Of a stretch of 64,000 nucleotides of DNA, positions 1 through 13,548 are shown piece after piece. This stretch comes from Macrostomum hystrix (taxonomy: Eukaryota > Animalia > Platyhelminthes). Location of the stretch: NCBI GenBank assembly GCA_950097015.1, contig CATNEN010000001.1:10168001-10232000 (forward strand), read 5' to 3'. The translations under genes were made by a program, and so were the position numbers. The notes below the pieces were generated by a model. That model saw only the letters and a program-made list of their open reading frames with translations, did not search any database and was not told the DNA's origin. Positions within the stretch are counted from its first letter, which is position 1; each line of letters opens with the position of its first letter.

Positions 1-32
1 TATGCAAGGGGTCATTGCAAACCGGAATTAAG

Positions 33-110
33 CTCTGGTTTAGCCATGATTCAAACTCCAGTTTCTCCATGATTCAAACTCCGCTTTCTCTACGATGCAA
101 ACGCTGGTTT
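33..110 (-). repeat. Degenerate copies of the 23-bp Helitron minisatellite, upstream of the first RepHel exon in the window
   Basis: ctctggtttagccatgattcaaactc is the reverse complement of the unit at 10548-12510. Confidence 0.75.
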
Positions 111-188
111 AGAATTTTAATTAATTTACATGACTAAATTGTGATCACTCATACGTCGCTTTGAATCACTTGTTTATGTCTTCCACAG

Positions 189-2928
189 GTCTCCCCCATG
201 TGCACTTTCTGCTCTGGCTGGTCAGTGGACAGAGAGTGACTCCGGACCGCTACGACAAAATCGTGTCCGCTGAGATCCCGGACCCACAGCAGCAGCCGAG
301 GCTGCACGAGCTGGTGAAGACTCACATGATCCATGGCCCCTGCGGCGTGGTAAATCCAGCCTGCCCGTGCATGGTGGACGGCCAGTGCAGCAAGGGCTTC
401 CCGAAGGAGTTCCAGCAGGCGACCCTAACCAGCGATACTGGCTACCCATTGTATCGCAGGCTGTCCCCTGAGATGGGCGGATTTACGGTGGACAAACTAT
501 TCAAAGGCCGCAGCATTCGCATGGACAACAGGTGAGTGAGGAGGTGTTGGTGTTTTTTCAGACTTGATTGAAAGGTTGATTCTTTAATACGAAAGCAAAG
601 TACTTAGTTTAGCCTTGTGTTTAGTTTATTTATATTGCTAAATTGTTTATTTACTGTAAGTTTAATTTACCATTGCTAGGATACATAAATCATTAATTAG
701 CAATTCTTTTCCTGGCACAAATACAGGTGGGTTGTACCATACGAGCCGTACAACCCGGGCCTGCTGCTCCTTTTCGAATGCCACATGAACTTTGAAGTTT
801 GTGCCACCGTCAAGTCGGTCAAGTACGTGATCAAGTACTTGCTAAAAGGCGGCGACATGGCGTCGTTCAAGTTCGAGGCAAACAAGAAGCCGAGCGGGCC
901 AGGAGAGCAGGCTGCGGATGGCGAACGACAGGAAGGTTCAGCTAGCAAGGCTCCGACTCAAGCCAAGAAGGAGGGGCGAAATGAGATCAAGGAGTATCTG
1001 CTGGCGCGCTACATAGGCCCAATGGAAGCCGTGAATACCATCTTGGGCTTTGAAGTAAGTCATAGATGTTTGCAAGGCAGTGCTAGCAGCAAAGAATGGG
1101 AAAATAATGATATGGTTTTTAAACTAAAACACAACAGGTGCACAACAGATTTCCGGCTGTGATCCGATTGTGCGTGCACAAGTCTAACGAGCAGCTCGTG
1201 TATTTCAACGAGCAAAATGCGAGCACAAAGGCCAGGGCGCCCAGAGATTCGACGCTGACGGCTTTCTTCAAGCTGTGCCGCACTGATGAATTCGCTAGAG
1301 GCCTGGTGTACACCGAGGTGCCGTCCTACTTCGTGTGGCACCACAGCGAGAGGGAGTGGCGCCGCGCCAAGAAGGGTTCGAGAGTTGAGGGCCACCCTGG
1401 TGTTGTACACAACACGAACATTGCCCGAATGTACACGGTGAGTCCGAGAGCAGGGGATCTGTTTTATATGCGAATGCTCCTCCTGCAGGTTAGAGGGCCA
1501 ACCAGCTTCGAGGCGCTGCACACTGTGGACGGAGTGCTGTGTCCCAGCGCCAAGGCTGCTTGCACGGCCCTGGGTCTGCTGCAACGAGACGACCACTGGC
1601 GGCGCTGCCTAGCCGAGGCAGTCCAGTCGCGAATGCCGAGAGCTCTCAGGCACCTGCTGGCTGTCATTCTGATTTGGGGCAACCCTGAGGATGGCAGCGA
1701 TCTGTGGTGCACATTCGCCGAGGATCTGTGCGAGGACCTGCGGTTTCACCACCGAGATCTGAGCGCTGAGGAAATCACCGACCTGGCGCTGCGCGAGCTG
1801 CAGAGCATGCTGACCTCCATGGGCGGTCACAGCCTGCCCGAGTACGGCTTGCCTGCGGCCTCCGTGCCGCCTCAAGTCGGACCGATGCAGTTCGACCCGG
1901 TTGAACAGGCCGAGATCCGGGAAGCGAGACTGTCAATGCTGACGGAGGAGCAGATTGCGGTGTACGAGTCGGTGACTGAGGATCTTGTGGCCGGCTCGGG
2001 CGGTTTGCACTTCCTGGACGCGCCCGCTGGCACTGGCAAGACCTTCCTGCTGGAGGTTTTGCTGGCCTTTGTGCGCAGCCGCGGTGAACTCGCCCTGGCA
2101 GTTGCGGCGTCTGGAATCGCAGCGACTCTGCTGCCAGGCGGACAGACTGCGCATTCCACATAAGTTTTTTAGATTAGGGGAATGCTTCTGAATTTTAGAG
2201 TCGCGTTTCTAATCGATTCTACCTATGACAACTTCACTCTAGGTTCAAGATCCCAGTCCGGCTGCTCCGATCCAACAAGGATGTCTGCGCTGTTGGCGCG
2301 CAGTCCAAGCAAGCGGAAGTGTTTCGTAGAGTTCGGCTGATTGTCTGGGACGAGATCTCCATGACCAATCGAAAGGATCTGGAATCCGTGGACAGGTGTC
2401 TGCGAGACGTTCGGAAGCAGGACAAGCCATTTGGAGGAGTCACTCTGGTGTGTTCCGGTGACTTCCGCCAGCTCCTGCCTGTCGTAGTGAATGGAACCCG
2501 CGCCAACAGCGTCATGGCGTGTGTCTGCAGATCTTCGCTGTGGAAACTTTTCAAGCGACATCGCTTGACGAGAAACATTCGTCTGCTGTGCAGCTCCGAG
2601 CCAGCGATGTACCAGAAGTTCACGGAGCTACTCATGCAGGTGAGAATGGGGTGTAAAAATCATTTTTTCTCGCGAATCATTGCGAATATTATGTTTCATG
2701 TTTTTATTGCTTTTCTTTTCACAGATCGGAACCGGGACAATCGAGCAGGATGCTGAGAAGGTGTCCCTTCCCGCTGAGATGGTGATTTCTGCAGAGGCTC
2801 CGCTGAATGACCTGATCAAGTTCGTGTACCCGTCGTTTGAAGAATCAGCGGAGCGGGACGACTATTTTGCAAGTCGAGCGATACTGGCGCCGTACAACGA
2901 CTCTGTTGATGCCATCAACGAGACGTGT
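189..2928 (+). pseudogene. Helitron Rep/PIF1-helicase (RepHel), spliced, truncated
   Basis: Exons 189-531, 727-1054, 1138-2159, 2243-2639 and 2725-~2928 join in frame. Motifs: HUH GLPHVHFLL, YVIKYLLKG, Walker A DAPAGTGKT, TAHSTFKIP, WDEISM, GDFRQLLPV, RAILAPYN. The donor at 2160 reads AT instead of GT, and the helicase C-terminus is missing. Confidence 0.93.
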
Positions 2929-2969
2929 CGGCATTATAAAACAGATAAAACAGATCCCCTGCTCTGGGC

Positions 2970-3362
2970 AATTTCTCGGGATGTGTATAAAACTGTAGTA
3001 CACATGAGCAATACAAGCAACAAGAAAATCGGAATAAGGCAAGTCATTTCTCGGAAAGTCGCAATTTCTTGGAATATTATTTAATTTATTTTCAGTAACA
3101 ACTAAAAAAGTGATCTCAACAGTTTTATAAACTAAATAAATAAAATAATTTTTATCAAACACTTTGACATATACAGGGCTCAAAACTAAAAAACTGTAAA
3201 AAGTTGATAGATTTGTTTTACCTAAAATGCGTTATTAACGATCTCCAAAAATTCCTATTTTAAGCTTAAGCTTAAGAAAGACACTTAAAGTACTCCTGCT
3301 AAATGGTATATATTAGACGAATATTAATTATTTCTGCTCCCCGAAGGGGGGCAAAACTTGCT
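2970..3362 (+). repeat. Duplicated Helitron 3' subterminal segment (copy of ~9548-9942) lacking the terminal CTAG
   Basis: Near-identical to 9548-9942 including the hairpin. Ends ...aaaacttgctg instead of ...ctag. Confidence 0.85.
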
Positions 3363-4043
3363 GAACTGAACACTAATAAATTCAAATTAGATGGGATCAT
3401 AATGGAATTGGGATCAGGGATTACCTTGGCAAAATCATTAGCTAAATTGGGTTCATTGCATAACAGAACTGAGATCGTTGCTTAGCTAAATTGTGTTTGT
3501 GGCATAACAGAACTGAGCATAACAGATCCCAATCCTAAATTCACAGAATCTCTTAGATCCCAATGCTAAATTCAGAGAATCTCTTAGATCCCAATGCTAA
3601 ATTCAGAGAATGCAATTCTTGCAGTCAAATGCAATGAACTGTGCAATGATACTGTCTTGTTGGCGGAGCAATCTGCGAATTCATCATCTCTACTGTCTTT
3701 GTAAGTAAGTATTCACAAAGCAATTATTAAACTCATCAGTTGTCATTGAATTCCCTTATTTATAATATGTTATTTTGCATACTTTCATATGGATGTTTGT
3801 TTAGTTAAAAACTTTCAATTAAGCTCCAAAACTTCATTTTAGGTTCTAAATTGATCATAGCAATGAGCTGTGTCAGTTAAGTTTCTTATTTTCATTTAGG
3901 AGTAAGAAAAAGCAACACGAAACACTTATTTATCCAGTAAACAGAATTATTTATTTTATTTATTTAGAATTCTTTAAATTCTCAAACACATAAATAAAAA
4001 AATCAAGAAATCATATCAAGTTAATTCCACAAACAAATTGAAT

Positions 4044-4074
4044 TTAATTATTCCGCTGCTGCTGCTGCTGCGGC

Positions 4075-4148
<74 letters not shown>

Positions 4149-4393
4149 TTGCTGCTGCTGCAGCCGCATGTCGGCCAGGTCCGGACACCGGGCCACAGGG
4201 TGACCTCCACCGCAGAGATAACAGGCCACTGTTAAGTTTGGAAAGTGCAATTTTACTCAACAGGTGGTTTCGAAAGACTTAATTACAGTAATGAGACTTA
4301 GAAATGAGACTTACTAGGTTTTCTAGGGTGTCCACCACCGCGGCCTCCTCGCCGCCTGCCGCCGCCGGAAAAGAAGTTCTGGGTAAACTTCAT
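4044..4393 (-). CDS. Small two-exon RGG-box / CCHC zinc-knuckle / polyglutamine protein
   Basis: Exon 1 4393-4315 (MKFTQNFFSGGGRRRGGRGGGHPRKP). GTAAGT...CAG intron 4314-4229. Exon 2 4228-4044 joins in frame (MACYLCGGGHPVARC...Qn RNN*). TATATAAA lies on the minus strand near 4470. Confidence 0.65.
4055..4161. repeat. (CTG/TTG)n trinucleotide tract, encoding polyQ on the minus strand
   Basis: Direct inspection. Confidence 0.95.
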
Positions 4394-5269
4394 TTGTGGA
4401 ACAGTGGAGTTAAACAGTGGAACTATACAGTGGAAATTATACGAGCGTGTCGTACGCTCACTCTGGTTTATATACGCTCACTCATGTCAAGCAAGGATTA
4501 GCGAGATTGGTTTGAAAACCTTGCTAACGAAATGAAACTCATTTCATTTTTTAAAGCCCGTTTCAGCTTAGGCAAAAATGAATACCAGCTTAGGGCCACC
4601 CCCAACCCCAGTTAAAATCGTGTGAGGCTTCATTGGTGAGCGTCATGAGGCTTTAGCTGTTTGTGATTACTGAAAAGTCGCACTAGGTTGGGGCTTGCAC
4701 TGGCAGTTTAATGAAATCACTTTAGTTGAATACAAAGTTTACTGCTATTGGCTGACTTGAAACCCTCTATTTTTAGCCACGTTAGCCACACGCCGCACTG
4801 GCTTCCCAATTACAGTGTACATTTAAGATCTTTTTTGTGTCCTATTATTGAAGTGTGTCGAAAACAGATTGCATAACAAGTCGCACCACACTCGACTCTG
4901 ACACCCCACACAGTGTACATAAAGAAAGAACGTAAAAGCTAAGGCAATCACCAGCCAATCCACAACAAGTAGCCCAGTGGGTGGATTAGAACAAAACTCT
5001 CTGATTGGTTAGCCAGATCTAAATTGATCTTTACATGGCACCCTCTATTGGCATGAGTCATCACAGTTAGGGTTGTCCGAAACGAAATGCTGCAATATAA
5101 ACTGGCACAATTGGCCTTGATGCTAAAACTATCAAACCACAAACCGTAAAGACCTTATCAGTGAAATTTTTATAATCCATACTTTGGCAACTATCAATCG
5201 AGCAATATAGAGTCAACCGAAGGAGCCAAGAAAAGCAAAGCGTGTATCTCTGCTCTGCTTCCGGGCCTG

Positions 5270-6621
5270 ATGCACGCTGCAATCGTTGGCCTCGTAATGA
5301 GGCTGTCCAAAATCACGGACTTTGAAGGCAAAAGAGGACCAGGCCAAGTGTTTTCCTTTATCCTCTGTGACGACACCGGCGATATACGTGTAAGCGTGTT
5401 CGGAAAGGATCTTAAGCCTTTCCTGGAGGTGTGTCGTGAGGGCGTCGCCGTCCGCATATCCGGCGGCTGGGTGAAGAAGGCGGATCCCAAATACAGCACT
5501 ACGGACAATGAGCACGAGCTAACAGTTTCAATTGACCAACGTGGAACCATTGTGAGGACCCTCGAGACCGTCACTCGACGTGCACCAAGCTATAAGAAGA
5601 TAAAAGAGATTTCGGACTTTGAAATGAAAATGTAAGTTAACTTGTTGCAATTGTTAAAAATAAAATGGAAAGGATTTGGAATATATATTCCCACTAAATG
5701 TTAGGTTAGCCAATTATTTCTAGGGAAACTTATTTAAATCAGTCAGTGAAGTTGCTTAGTGAATGAGTTAATGCATTCTTGTAAGTTCACCCTTTGCCTC
5801 ACATATCTCAGGAATGTTAACGTCTATGGCACGATTTCTGCTGTCCAGAAACCAACGGAAGTTAAAACCGGTTCCGGAAAACTTGTCAACCTGGCGAAAG
5901 TGACGCTTGTTGATCAGTCTGGGTCCTCCGTGTCGTGCACATTTTGGGCCAGCTCTACTGCCCAAGTGAATGACTGGTCTGTGGGCGACGTTCTAGCGAT
6001 TCATGGTGCTCAAGTCCAGGAATATTCCCAGACAATCAGTCTCGGATGTTCGAAAGCGGAAATTCAGCATTGGCCAGAAGACTCTGCTGATGTCTCCGAC
6101 ATTACCCAGTGGTACAAGGATGCGCTTTCTAGCCAACAGTGCTTCGAGGAGCTACGGGTGACGCAAAGCTCCCAGCGGGAGAAATATGCTAACCGTGACG
6201 ACGAAATGGTATTACAGTACCCAGAGCGAATGTTCGACCAATTCGATGAGGTGCGAAGAATTAAAGTGCGATTTGGGGACAAAGAGGTAAGTTGATTTTA
6301 CGAGTATTACGTGTGGGTTAAATAGAAATATGGTGTCAGAGAACGTACTAAAGAAGCAATAAGTGATTGACTGCTTAGATTCATTATTAACTTGTTCAAT
6401 GAGGCCTCTTATCTCTAAAGATTAGGTTTATTCATTCATTCAAGAGTAATATGAATATAAAAAATTGATTAAATTCATATATAAATTTCATTTCACAGGT
6501 GACATTTTCCCGAGATATATCAACAGAAGTCAGCAGATCCCCGCTATGTCAACCCCTAAGGCTCCCAATGTGTCCGAGAAGCCTGGGCCATCACATGATT
6601 TCATGGACGAGTAGGACTTGA
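5270..6621 (+). CDS. Helitron-borne RPA70-like ssDNA-binding protein with two OB folds (DBD-A and DBD-B like)
   Basis: GPGQVFSFILCDDTGDIRVSVF and VTLVDQSGSSVSCTFW...VLAIHGAQVQEY resemble RPA1 DBD-A/B. Introns 5632-5811 (frame-preserving) and 6287-6498. AATAAA at 6628. The true start may be upstream. Confidence 0.82.
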
Positions 6622-6779
6622 AAGACTAATAAAGATGCAATTAACGTGAGTAATGCTTGAGTGCATTTTTGTCTGCCAGTAGCGCATCTGAGTTCGATAG
6701 CCATCACAAGTAGTTTAACCTGATATGTATAATACGGCCCGATGAGACATATCAGGTAAATCCTGCTTTATTCACCTAA

Positions 6780-8250
6780 TAAATTAAAATTAGATGGGAT
6801 CATACTGGAATTGGGATCAGGGATTAGCTAAGCAAAATGATTAGCTAAATTGTGTTCATTGCATAACAGAACTGAGATCATTGCTTAGCGAAATTGGGTT
6901 CATTGCATAACAGAACTGAGATCATTGCTTAGTTAAATTGGGTTTATGGCATTACAGAACTGAGAGCATTGCTTAGCTAAATTGGGTTCATTGCTTGTTC
7001 ATTGGGTTCACAGAATCTCTTAGATCCCAATCCTAAATTCACAGAATCTCTTAGATCCCAATCCTAAATTCATAGAATCTCTTAGATCCCAATCCTAAAT
7101 TCATGGGATCTCTTAGATCCCAATCCTAAATTCACAGAATCTCTTAGATCCCAATCCTAAATTCATAGAATCTCTTAGATCCCAATGCTAAATTCTTAGA
7201 ATCTCTTAGATCCCAATCCTAAATTCACATAATCTCTTAGATCCCAATGCTAAATTCACAGAATCTATTAGATTCCAATCCTAAATTCATAGAATCTCTT
7301 AAATCCCAATCCTAAATTCACAGAATCTCTTAGATCGCAATCCTAAATTCATAGAATCTCTTATATCCCAATCCTAAATTCAGAGAATCTCTTAGATCCC
7401 AATCCTAAATTCATAGAATCTCTTAGATCCCAATCCTAAATTCACAGAATCTCTTAGATCCCAATGCTAAATTCAGAGAATCTCTTAGATCCCAATCCTA
7501 AATTCATAGAATCTCTTAGATCCCAATCCTAAATTCATAGAATATCTTAGATCCCAATCCTAAATTCACAGAATCTTATATATCAATCCTAAATCATTGC
7601 TTAGCTAAATTGTGTTTGTGGCATAACAGAAGTGAGATCATTGCTTAGCCTAATTGGGTTCATTGCATAACAGAACTAAGATCATTGCTTAGCGTAATTG
7701 GGATCATTTGGCATAACTAAGTTGGGATCCTTGCATACTAAATTGGGATCATAGCAAACCAGAATTGGAATTATCGCATAATGAAATTGGGCTCATGGCA
7801 TGATACGAATGGGATCATTGAAGAATGGAAAATTGGATTCATTGTTTACCAGAATTATGATTAGTAAGAGGGGCGTCCGTAAGGTAATGAAAATTTTCTG
7901 CTACGAGTTGGGATCAAGGCAAACCAGAATAGGATCGGATTGGGTTCCCAATAGCCAATTGGGTTCCCAACCCAATAGCTAAATTGGGTTCATAGCATAA
8001 CAGAACTGAGATCATTGCTTAGCTAAATTGTGTTTGTGGCGTAACAGAACTGAGATCATTGCTTAGCTAAATTGGGTTCATTGCATAATAGAACTGAGAT
8101 CATTGCTTAGCTAAATTGGGATCTTTTGGCGTAACTAAAATGGGATTATTGCATAACTAAATTGAGATCCTTTCATAACTAGATTGAGATCATTGCATAA
8201 CTAGATTGGGATCAAGGCAAACCAGAATAGGATCGGATACAATCGGATCC
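6780..8250 (+). repeat. Composite minisatellite: 22/44-bp units flanking a 31-bp array (7009-7592, ~18 copies)
   Basis: Units gatcattgcttagctaaattgggttcattgcataacagaactga (44 bp) and cacagaatctcttagatcccaatcctaaatt (31 bp). Partial copy at 3372-3610. Confidence 0.9.
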
Positions 8251-10547
8251 CAATTTAGTTGTGCCATGAAAGTTAATAAGTAATAGTGAAATTAATGTAG
8301 GTAAATATTAGGTGAATATATAGCAGGTTGGCTGCATATCAATGGGCCTTGAGATTGTGGTTGAAATAACGTGTTCGCTGCTTTTTCACGATTCAGAGGT
8401 TCTTCCACTCTAAAACTGAGGGTATGCAGCCATGAAAGAGAGGTTTGAAGCAGCTTCAGCAAACCTAGAGACTTGTGATAGCTAAGCTTTTTGTGTGACG
8501 TTGAGTGCGTGAACTTAACTTGCCCCAGTGAATGCCTCTGACCAGCAGTGCAGAGTAAAGCAAGCCAACAAGCAGTAGGATTGACACCATTATTCTTGCA
8601 GTCAAATGCAATGAACTGTGCAATGATACTGTCTTGTTGGCGGAGCCTTCTGCAAGTGCATCATGTTTACTGTTTGTGGGTAATATTTTTAGGTGCAATG
8701 CAATTTTTTCTTTTTTTCATTGAACTGAATTCTCTACATTTGGAGTTTGTTTTCTTATAATGTCTTAATGATATGTATTTGTATAATAATAATTTTGCCA
8801 GATGCTCACTCAATTGTTGTTGTTTTGTTGTTTTCAATGTGTTTTGCAATTGAAGAAATACAAAAAATGTTTCAGTGGACAAAGACCAGTCCCATGATTC
8901 ATGAATCTGCACACCTGGTACCTGCCTTATTCTATTTTAAAAGATAAATTGTCAGGCATGCATTTATAATGAAGAATGATACAAAATGGATTACTAAGAA
9001 AAGAGGTCAGATGAGAAATAGGATCTGATCAGAACTGGAATCATTAAGACAAAGAAAGGAGATTAGAAATTGATCCATTGATATTTAATTAGCCATTGAT
9101 ATGAGCTAACCATTTTGAACTATCAAAATGGATCTAATTTGAAATAGACTTTTATGTCATATAGGATTTGATTCAAAATAAGATTTGACAATGTGAATGA
9201 GGCATATAAGAAAAGAGAAGTCTGCTGAGGAGTGTGACTAGAAAAGAAAGGGGGAATTTAGCATGATAATATATATCATATATCATGCCTATATATAGCC
9301 AATGTTAGCTTTATTAAAAGTGTCAAACCAAAGGTCGAAGGATGTAGCTCCAGTTGCTTTTGCAAAGTCCATTCACAATGAGATAGCTGCATTGAACTGA
9401 CTCTTTAAGTCATTTATTATAATAAGAGGGGCCTCATTCAAGGGCAATAGTTGCAATGCTGAGCTACTTATTGTTCGGAACATTGCAGTCGCAGTTAGTA
9501 CGATGAGCAGGGCTAAGAAATTCACTTACAAATGAAGAAAGTAAAAAATTTCTCGGGATGTGTATAAAACTGTAGTACACATGAGCAATACAAGCAACAA
9601 GAAAATCGGAATAAAGCAAGTCATTTCTCGGAAAGTCGCAATTTCTTGGAATATTATTTAATTTATTTTCAGTAACAACTAAAAAAGTGATCTCAACAGT
9701 TTTATAAACTAAATAAATAAAATAATTTTTATCAAACACGTTGACATATACAGGGCTCTAAACTAAAAAACTGTACAAAGTTGATAGTTTTGTTTTACCT
9801 AAAATGCGTTATTAACGATCTCCAAAAATTCCTATTTTAAGCTTAAGCTTAAGAAAGACACTTAAAGTACTCCTGCTAAAAGGTATATTATATTAGACGA
9901 ATATTAATTATTTCTGCTCCCCGAAGGGGGGCAAAACTTGCTAGTCCACTATACTAAAAATGAAATGCTTGGTTGGTTGGTTGCTTGTAATTGATTTTCT
10001 TCCGAACGGCTCAACCGATTTTCACCATTTCTTCACCAAAAGATGCCAAATATGGGGACAATTTTACACGTATTTTTATTAAGCTTAACTTTATTGCTAA
10101 GGGGATTAAATATTCGAAAACCATGATTTTTCAAAGGTCAAACCATCTTGGCCTATTGAGAATTTTACTCACTGCCACTGAATTGGAATTTCATCGTCAA
10201 ATTGCGCAACACCCCCTCGCTGACTGAGTTAGAAGCCTGCACTCTGGAGACAAATTTGAAATAAATGTACACAACCAACCGCGAGACTGAGTGTACTCTA
10301 TTTTCTCACTTCATTGTACAAAGCCAGAACTTTGAGAATTCATTTTATAAGGCTGATTTTTGCACCCACTAACCAACAGTCGGAATAGCCGATGTGTAGG
10401 CACTAGGAATAGGTTATAGGCTAGGCTAGGGTTCGATTCTGCACTGTGTCAAATCATTTTAGACTAATTTTCAGCCAGTAGTGATTGAAGACTATTTTAA
10501 TTTATTTTTTTCATTACGTAAATAAAATATCATAAATCATAGCACAC

Positions 10548-12510
10548 CTGAGTTTGAATCATTGCAAAAATAGAGTTTGAATCATGGCTAAACCAGAGTT
10601 TGAATCATGGCTAAACCAGAGTTTGAATCATGGCTAAACCAGATCTTGAATCATGGCTAAACTAGAGTTTGAATCATGGCTAAACCAGAGTCTGAATCAT
10701 GGCTAAACCAGCGTCTGAATCATGGCTAAAGCAGAGTTTGAATCATGGCTAAACCAGAGTCTGAATCATGGCTTAACCAGAGTTTGAATCATGGCTAAAC
10801 CAGAGTTTGAATCATGGCTAAACCAGAGTTTGAATCATGGCTAAACCAGAGTTTGAATCATGGCTAAACCAGAGTTTGAGTCATGGCTAAACCAGAGTCT
10901 GAATCATGGCTAAACCAACGTTTGAATCATGGCTAACCTAGAGTCTGAATCATGGCTAAACCATAGTCTGAATCATGGCTAAAATAGAGTCTGAATCATG
11001 GCTAAACCAGAGTCTGAATCATGGCTAAACCAGAGTCTGAATCATGGCTAAACTAGAGTCTGAATCATGGCTAAACCAGAGTCTGAATCATGGCTAAACT
11101 AGAGTCTGAATCATGGCTAAACCAGAGTTTGAACCATGGCTAAACCAGAGTTTGAATCATGGCTAAACCAGCGTCTGAATCATGGCTAAACCAGCGTTTG
11201 AATCATGGCTAAACCAGAGTTTGAATCATGGCTAAACCAGAGTTTGAATATTGGCAACACCAGAGTTTGAATCATGGCTAAACCAGCGTCTGAATCATGG
11301 CTAAACCAGAGTTTGAATTATGGCTAAACCAGAGACTAAATCATGGCTAAACCATCATCATCAGAATGGCTAAACTAGAGTTTGAATCATGGCTAAACCA
11401 TCATCATCAGCATGGCTAAACTAGAGTTTGAATCATGGCTAAACCAGAGTTTGAATAATGGCTACACCAGAGTTTGAATCATGGCTAAACCAGAGTCTGA
11501 ATCATGGCTAAACTAGAGTTTGAATCATGGCTAAACCAGAGTTTGAATCATGGCTAAACCAGAGTCTGAATCATGGCTAAACCAGAGTCTGAATCATGGC
11601 TCAACTAGAGTCTGAATCAGGGCTAAACCAGAGTCTGAATCATGGCTAAACTAGAGTCTGAATCATGGCTAAACCAGAGTTTGAACCATGGCTAAACCAG
11701 AGTTTGAATCATGGCTAAACCAGCGTCTGAATCATGGCTAAACCAGCGTCTGAATCATGGCTAAACCAGAGTTTGAATCATGGCTAAACCAGAGTTTGAA
11801 TCATGGCTTAACCAGAGTCTGAATCATGGCTAAACTAGAGTCTGAATCATGGCTAAACCAGAGTTTGAACCATGGCTAAACCAGAGTTTGAATCATGGCT
11901 AAACCATCATCATCAGCATGGCTAAACTAGAGTTTGAATCATGGCTAAACCATCATCATCAGCATGGCTAATCTAGAGTTTGAATCATGGCTAAACCAGA
12001 GTTTGAATAATGGCTACACCAGAGTTTGAATCATGGCTAAACCAGAGTCTGAATCATGGCTAAACTAGAGTTTGAATCATGGCTAAACCAGAGTTTGAAT
12101 AATGGCTACACCAGAGTTTGAATCATGGCTAAACCAGAGTCTCAATCATGGCTAAACCAGAGTTTGAATCATGGCTAAACCAGACTTTGAATCATAGCCA
12201 ACCAGAGTTTGAATCTTGGCTAAACCAGAGTTTCAATCATGGCTAACCCAGCGTTTGAATCATGGCTAAACCAGAGTTTGAATCATGGCAAAAACCGAGT
12301 TTCAATCATGGCTAACCCAGCGTTTGAATCATGGCTAAACCAGAGTTTGAATCATAGCCAACCAGAGTTTGAATCTTGGCTAAACCAGAGTTTGAATCAT
12401 AGCCAACCAGAGTCTGAATCATGGCAAAACGAGAGTTTGAATCATAGCCCACCAGGGTTTAAAACATGGCGAAACCTGAGTTTGAATCTTGGCTAACCCA
12501 GCGTTTGAAA
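10548..12510 (+). repeat. 23-bp minisatellite (gagtttgaatcatggctaaacca)n, ~85 copies
   Basis: Period 23, for example atcat at 10581 and 10604. Confidence 0.97.
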
Positions 12511-12518
12511 AATCAACG

Positions 12519-13548
12519 TCAACTGGGGAGTCATCATCAAAATGGGGATCATGGTGAACTGGGGGATCATGGTAAACTGGGGGATAATTGTCGACTGGGG
12601 GATCATTGTCAACTGGGGGATCATTGTCAACTGGGGGATCATTGTCAACTGGGGGATCATTGTCAACTGGGGGATCATTGTCAAATGGGGGATCATTGTC
12701 AACTGGGGGATCTTTGTCAACTGGGGGTTCATTGTCAACTGGGGGTTCATTGTCAACTGGGGGATCATTGTCAACTGGGGGATCATTGTGAACTGAGAGA
12801 TCATTGTCAACTGGGGGGTAATGGTCAACTGGGGGATCATTGTCAACTGGGGAATCATCATCAACTGGGGATCATCATCAACTGGGGGATCATTGAGAAC
12901 TGGGGGATCTTTGTCAACTGGGGGATCATTGTGAACTGGGGGATCTTTGTCAACTGGGGGATCATTGTTTACTGTGGGATCATTGTCAACTGGGGGATCA
13001 TTGTCAACTGGGGGATCATTGTCAACTGGGGGATCGTTGTCAACTGGGGGTTCATTGTCAACTGGGGGATCATTGTCAACTGGGGGATCATTGTCAACTG
13101 GGGGATCATCATCAACTGGGGGATCATTGTCAACTGGGGGTTCATTGTCAACTGTGCGATCATTGTCAACCGGCGGGATCATTGTCAACTGAGGGATCAT
13201 TGTCAACTGGGGGATCATTGTCAACTGGGGGATCATTGTCAACTGGGGGAACATTGTCAACTGGAGGAACATTGTTAACTAGGGATCATCATCAATGGGG
13301 AGACTTCATCAACTGGGGGACCATTGTGAACTGGGGGATCTTTGTTAACTGGGGATCATTGTCAACTGGGGAATCATTGTCGACTGGGGGACCATTGTCA
13401 ACTGGGGGATCATTGTCCCAGATCATTGTCAATTGGGGGATCATTGTCAACTGGGGGATCATCATCAACTGGGAATCATTGTCGACTGAGGGACCATTGT
13501 CAACCGGGGGATCATTATCAACTGGGGGATCATTGTCAACTGATCATT
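12519..13548 (+). repeat. 18-bp minisatellite (ctgggggatcattgtcaa)n, ~55 copies
   Basis: Period 18. It explains the LGDHCQ and WGIIVN repeat ORFs. Confidence 0.97.

Larger units (their letters stand above)
1..9944 (+). mobile_element. Helitron, formerly autonomous and rearranged; 5' end lies outside the window
   Basis: Contains RepHel and RPA-like genes. Ends in the hairpin GCTCCCC-GAA-GGGGGGC (9916-9932) followed by CTAG (9941-9944). Confidence 0.8.

Noticed and set aside
4038-4260. PolyL, polyA and polyS ORFs over the CTG tract
   Set aside because: They are alternative frames of the repeat. Only the polyQ frame has a zinc knuckle and a frame-compatible intron.
6719-6756. Hairpin cctgatatgt...acatatcagg resembling a hammerhead stem III
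   Set aside because: No intact CUGANGA core or stem II.
10548-12510. CRISPR-like regular repeats
   Set aside because: No unique spacers, no cas genes, and a eukaryotic context. This is a plain tandem array.
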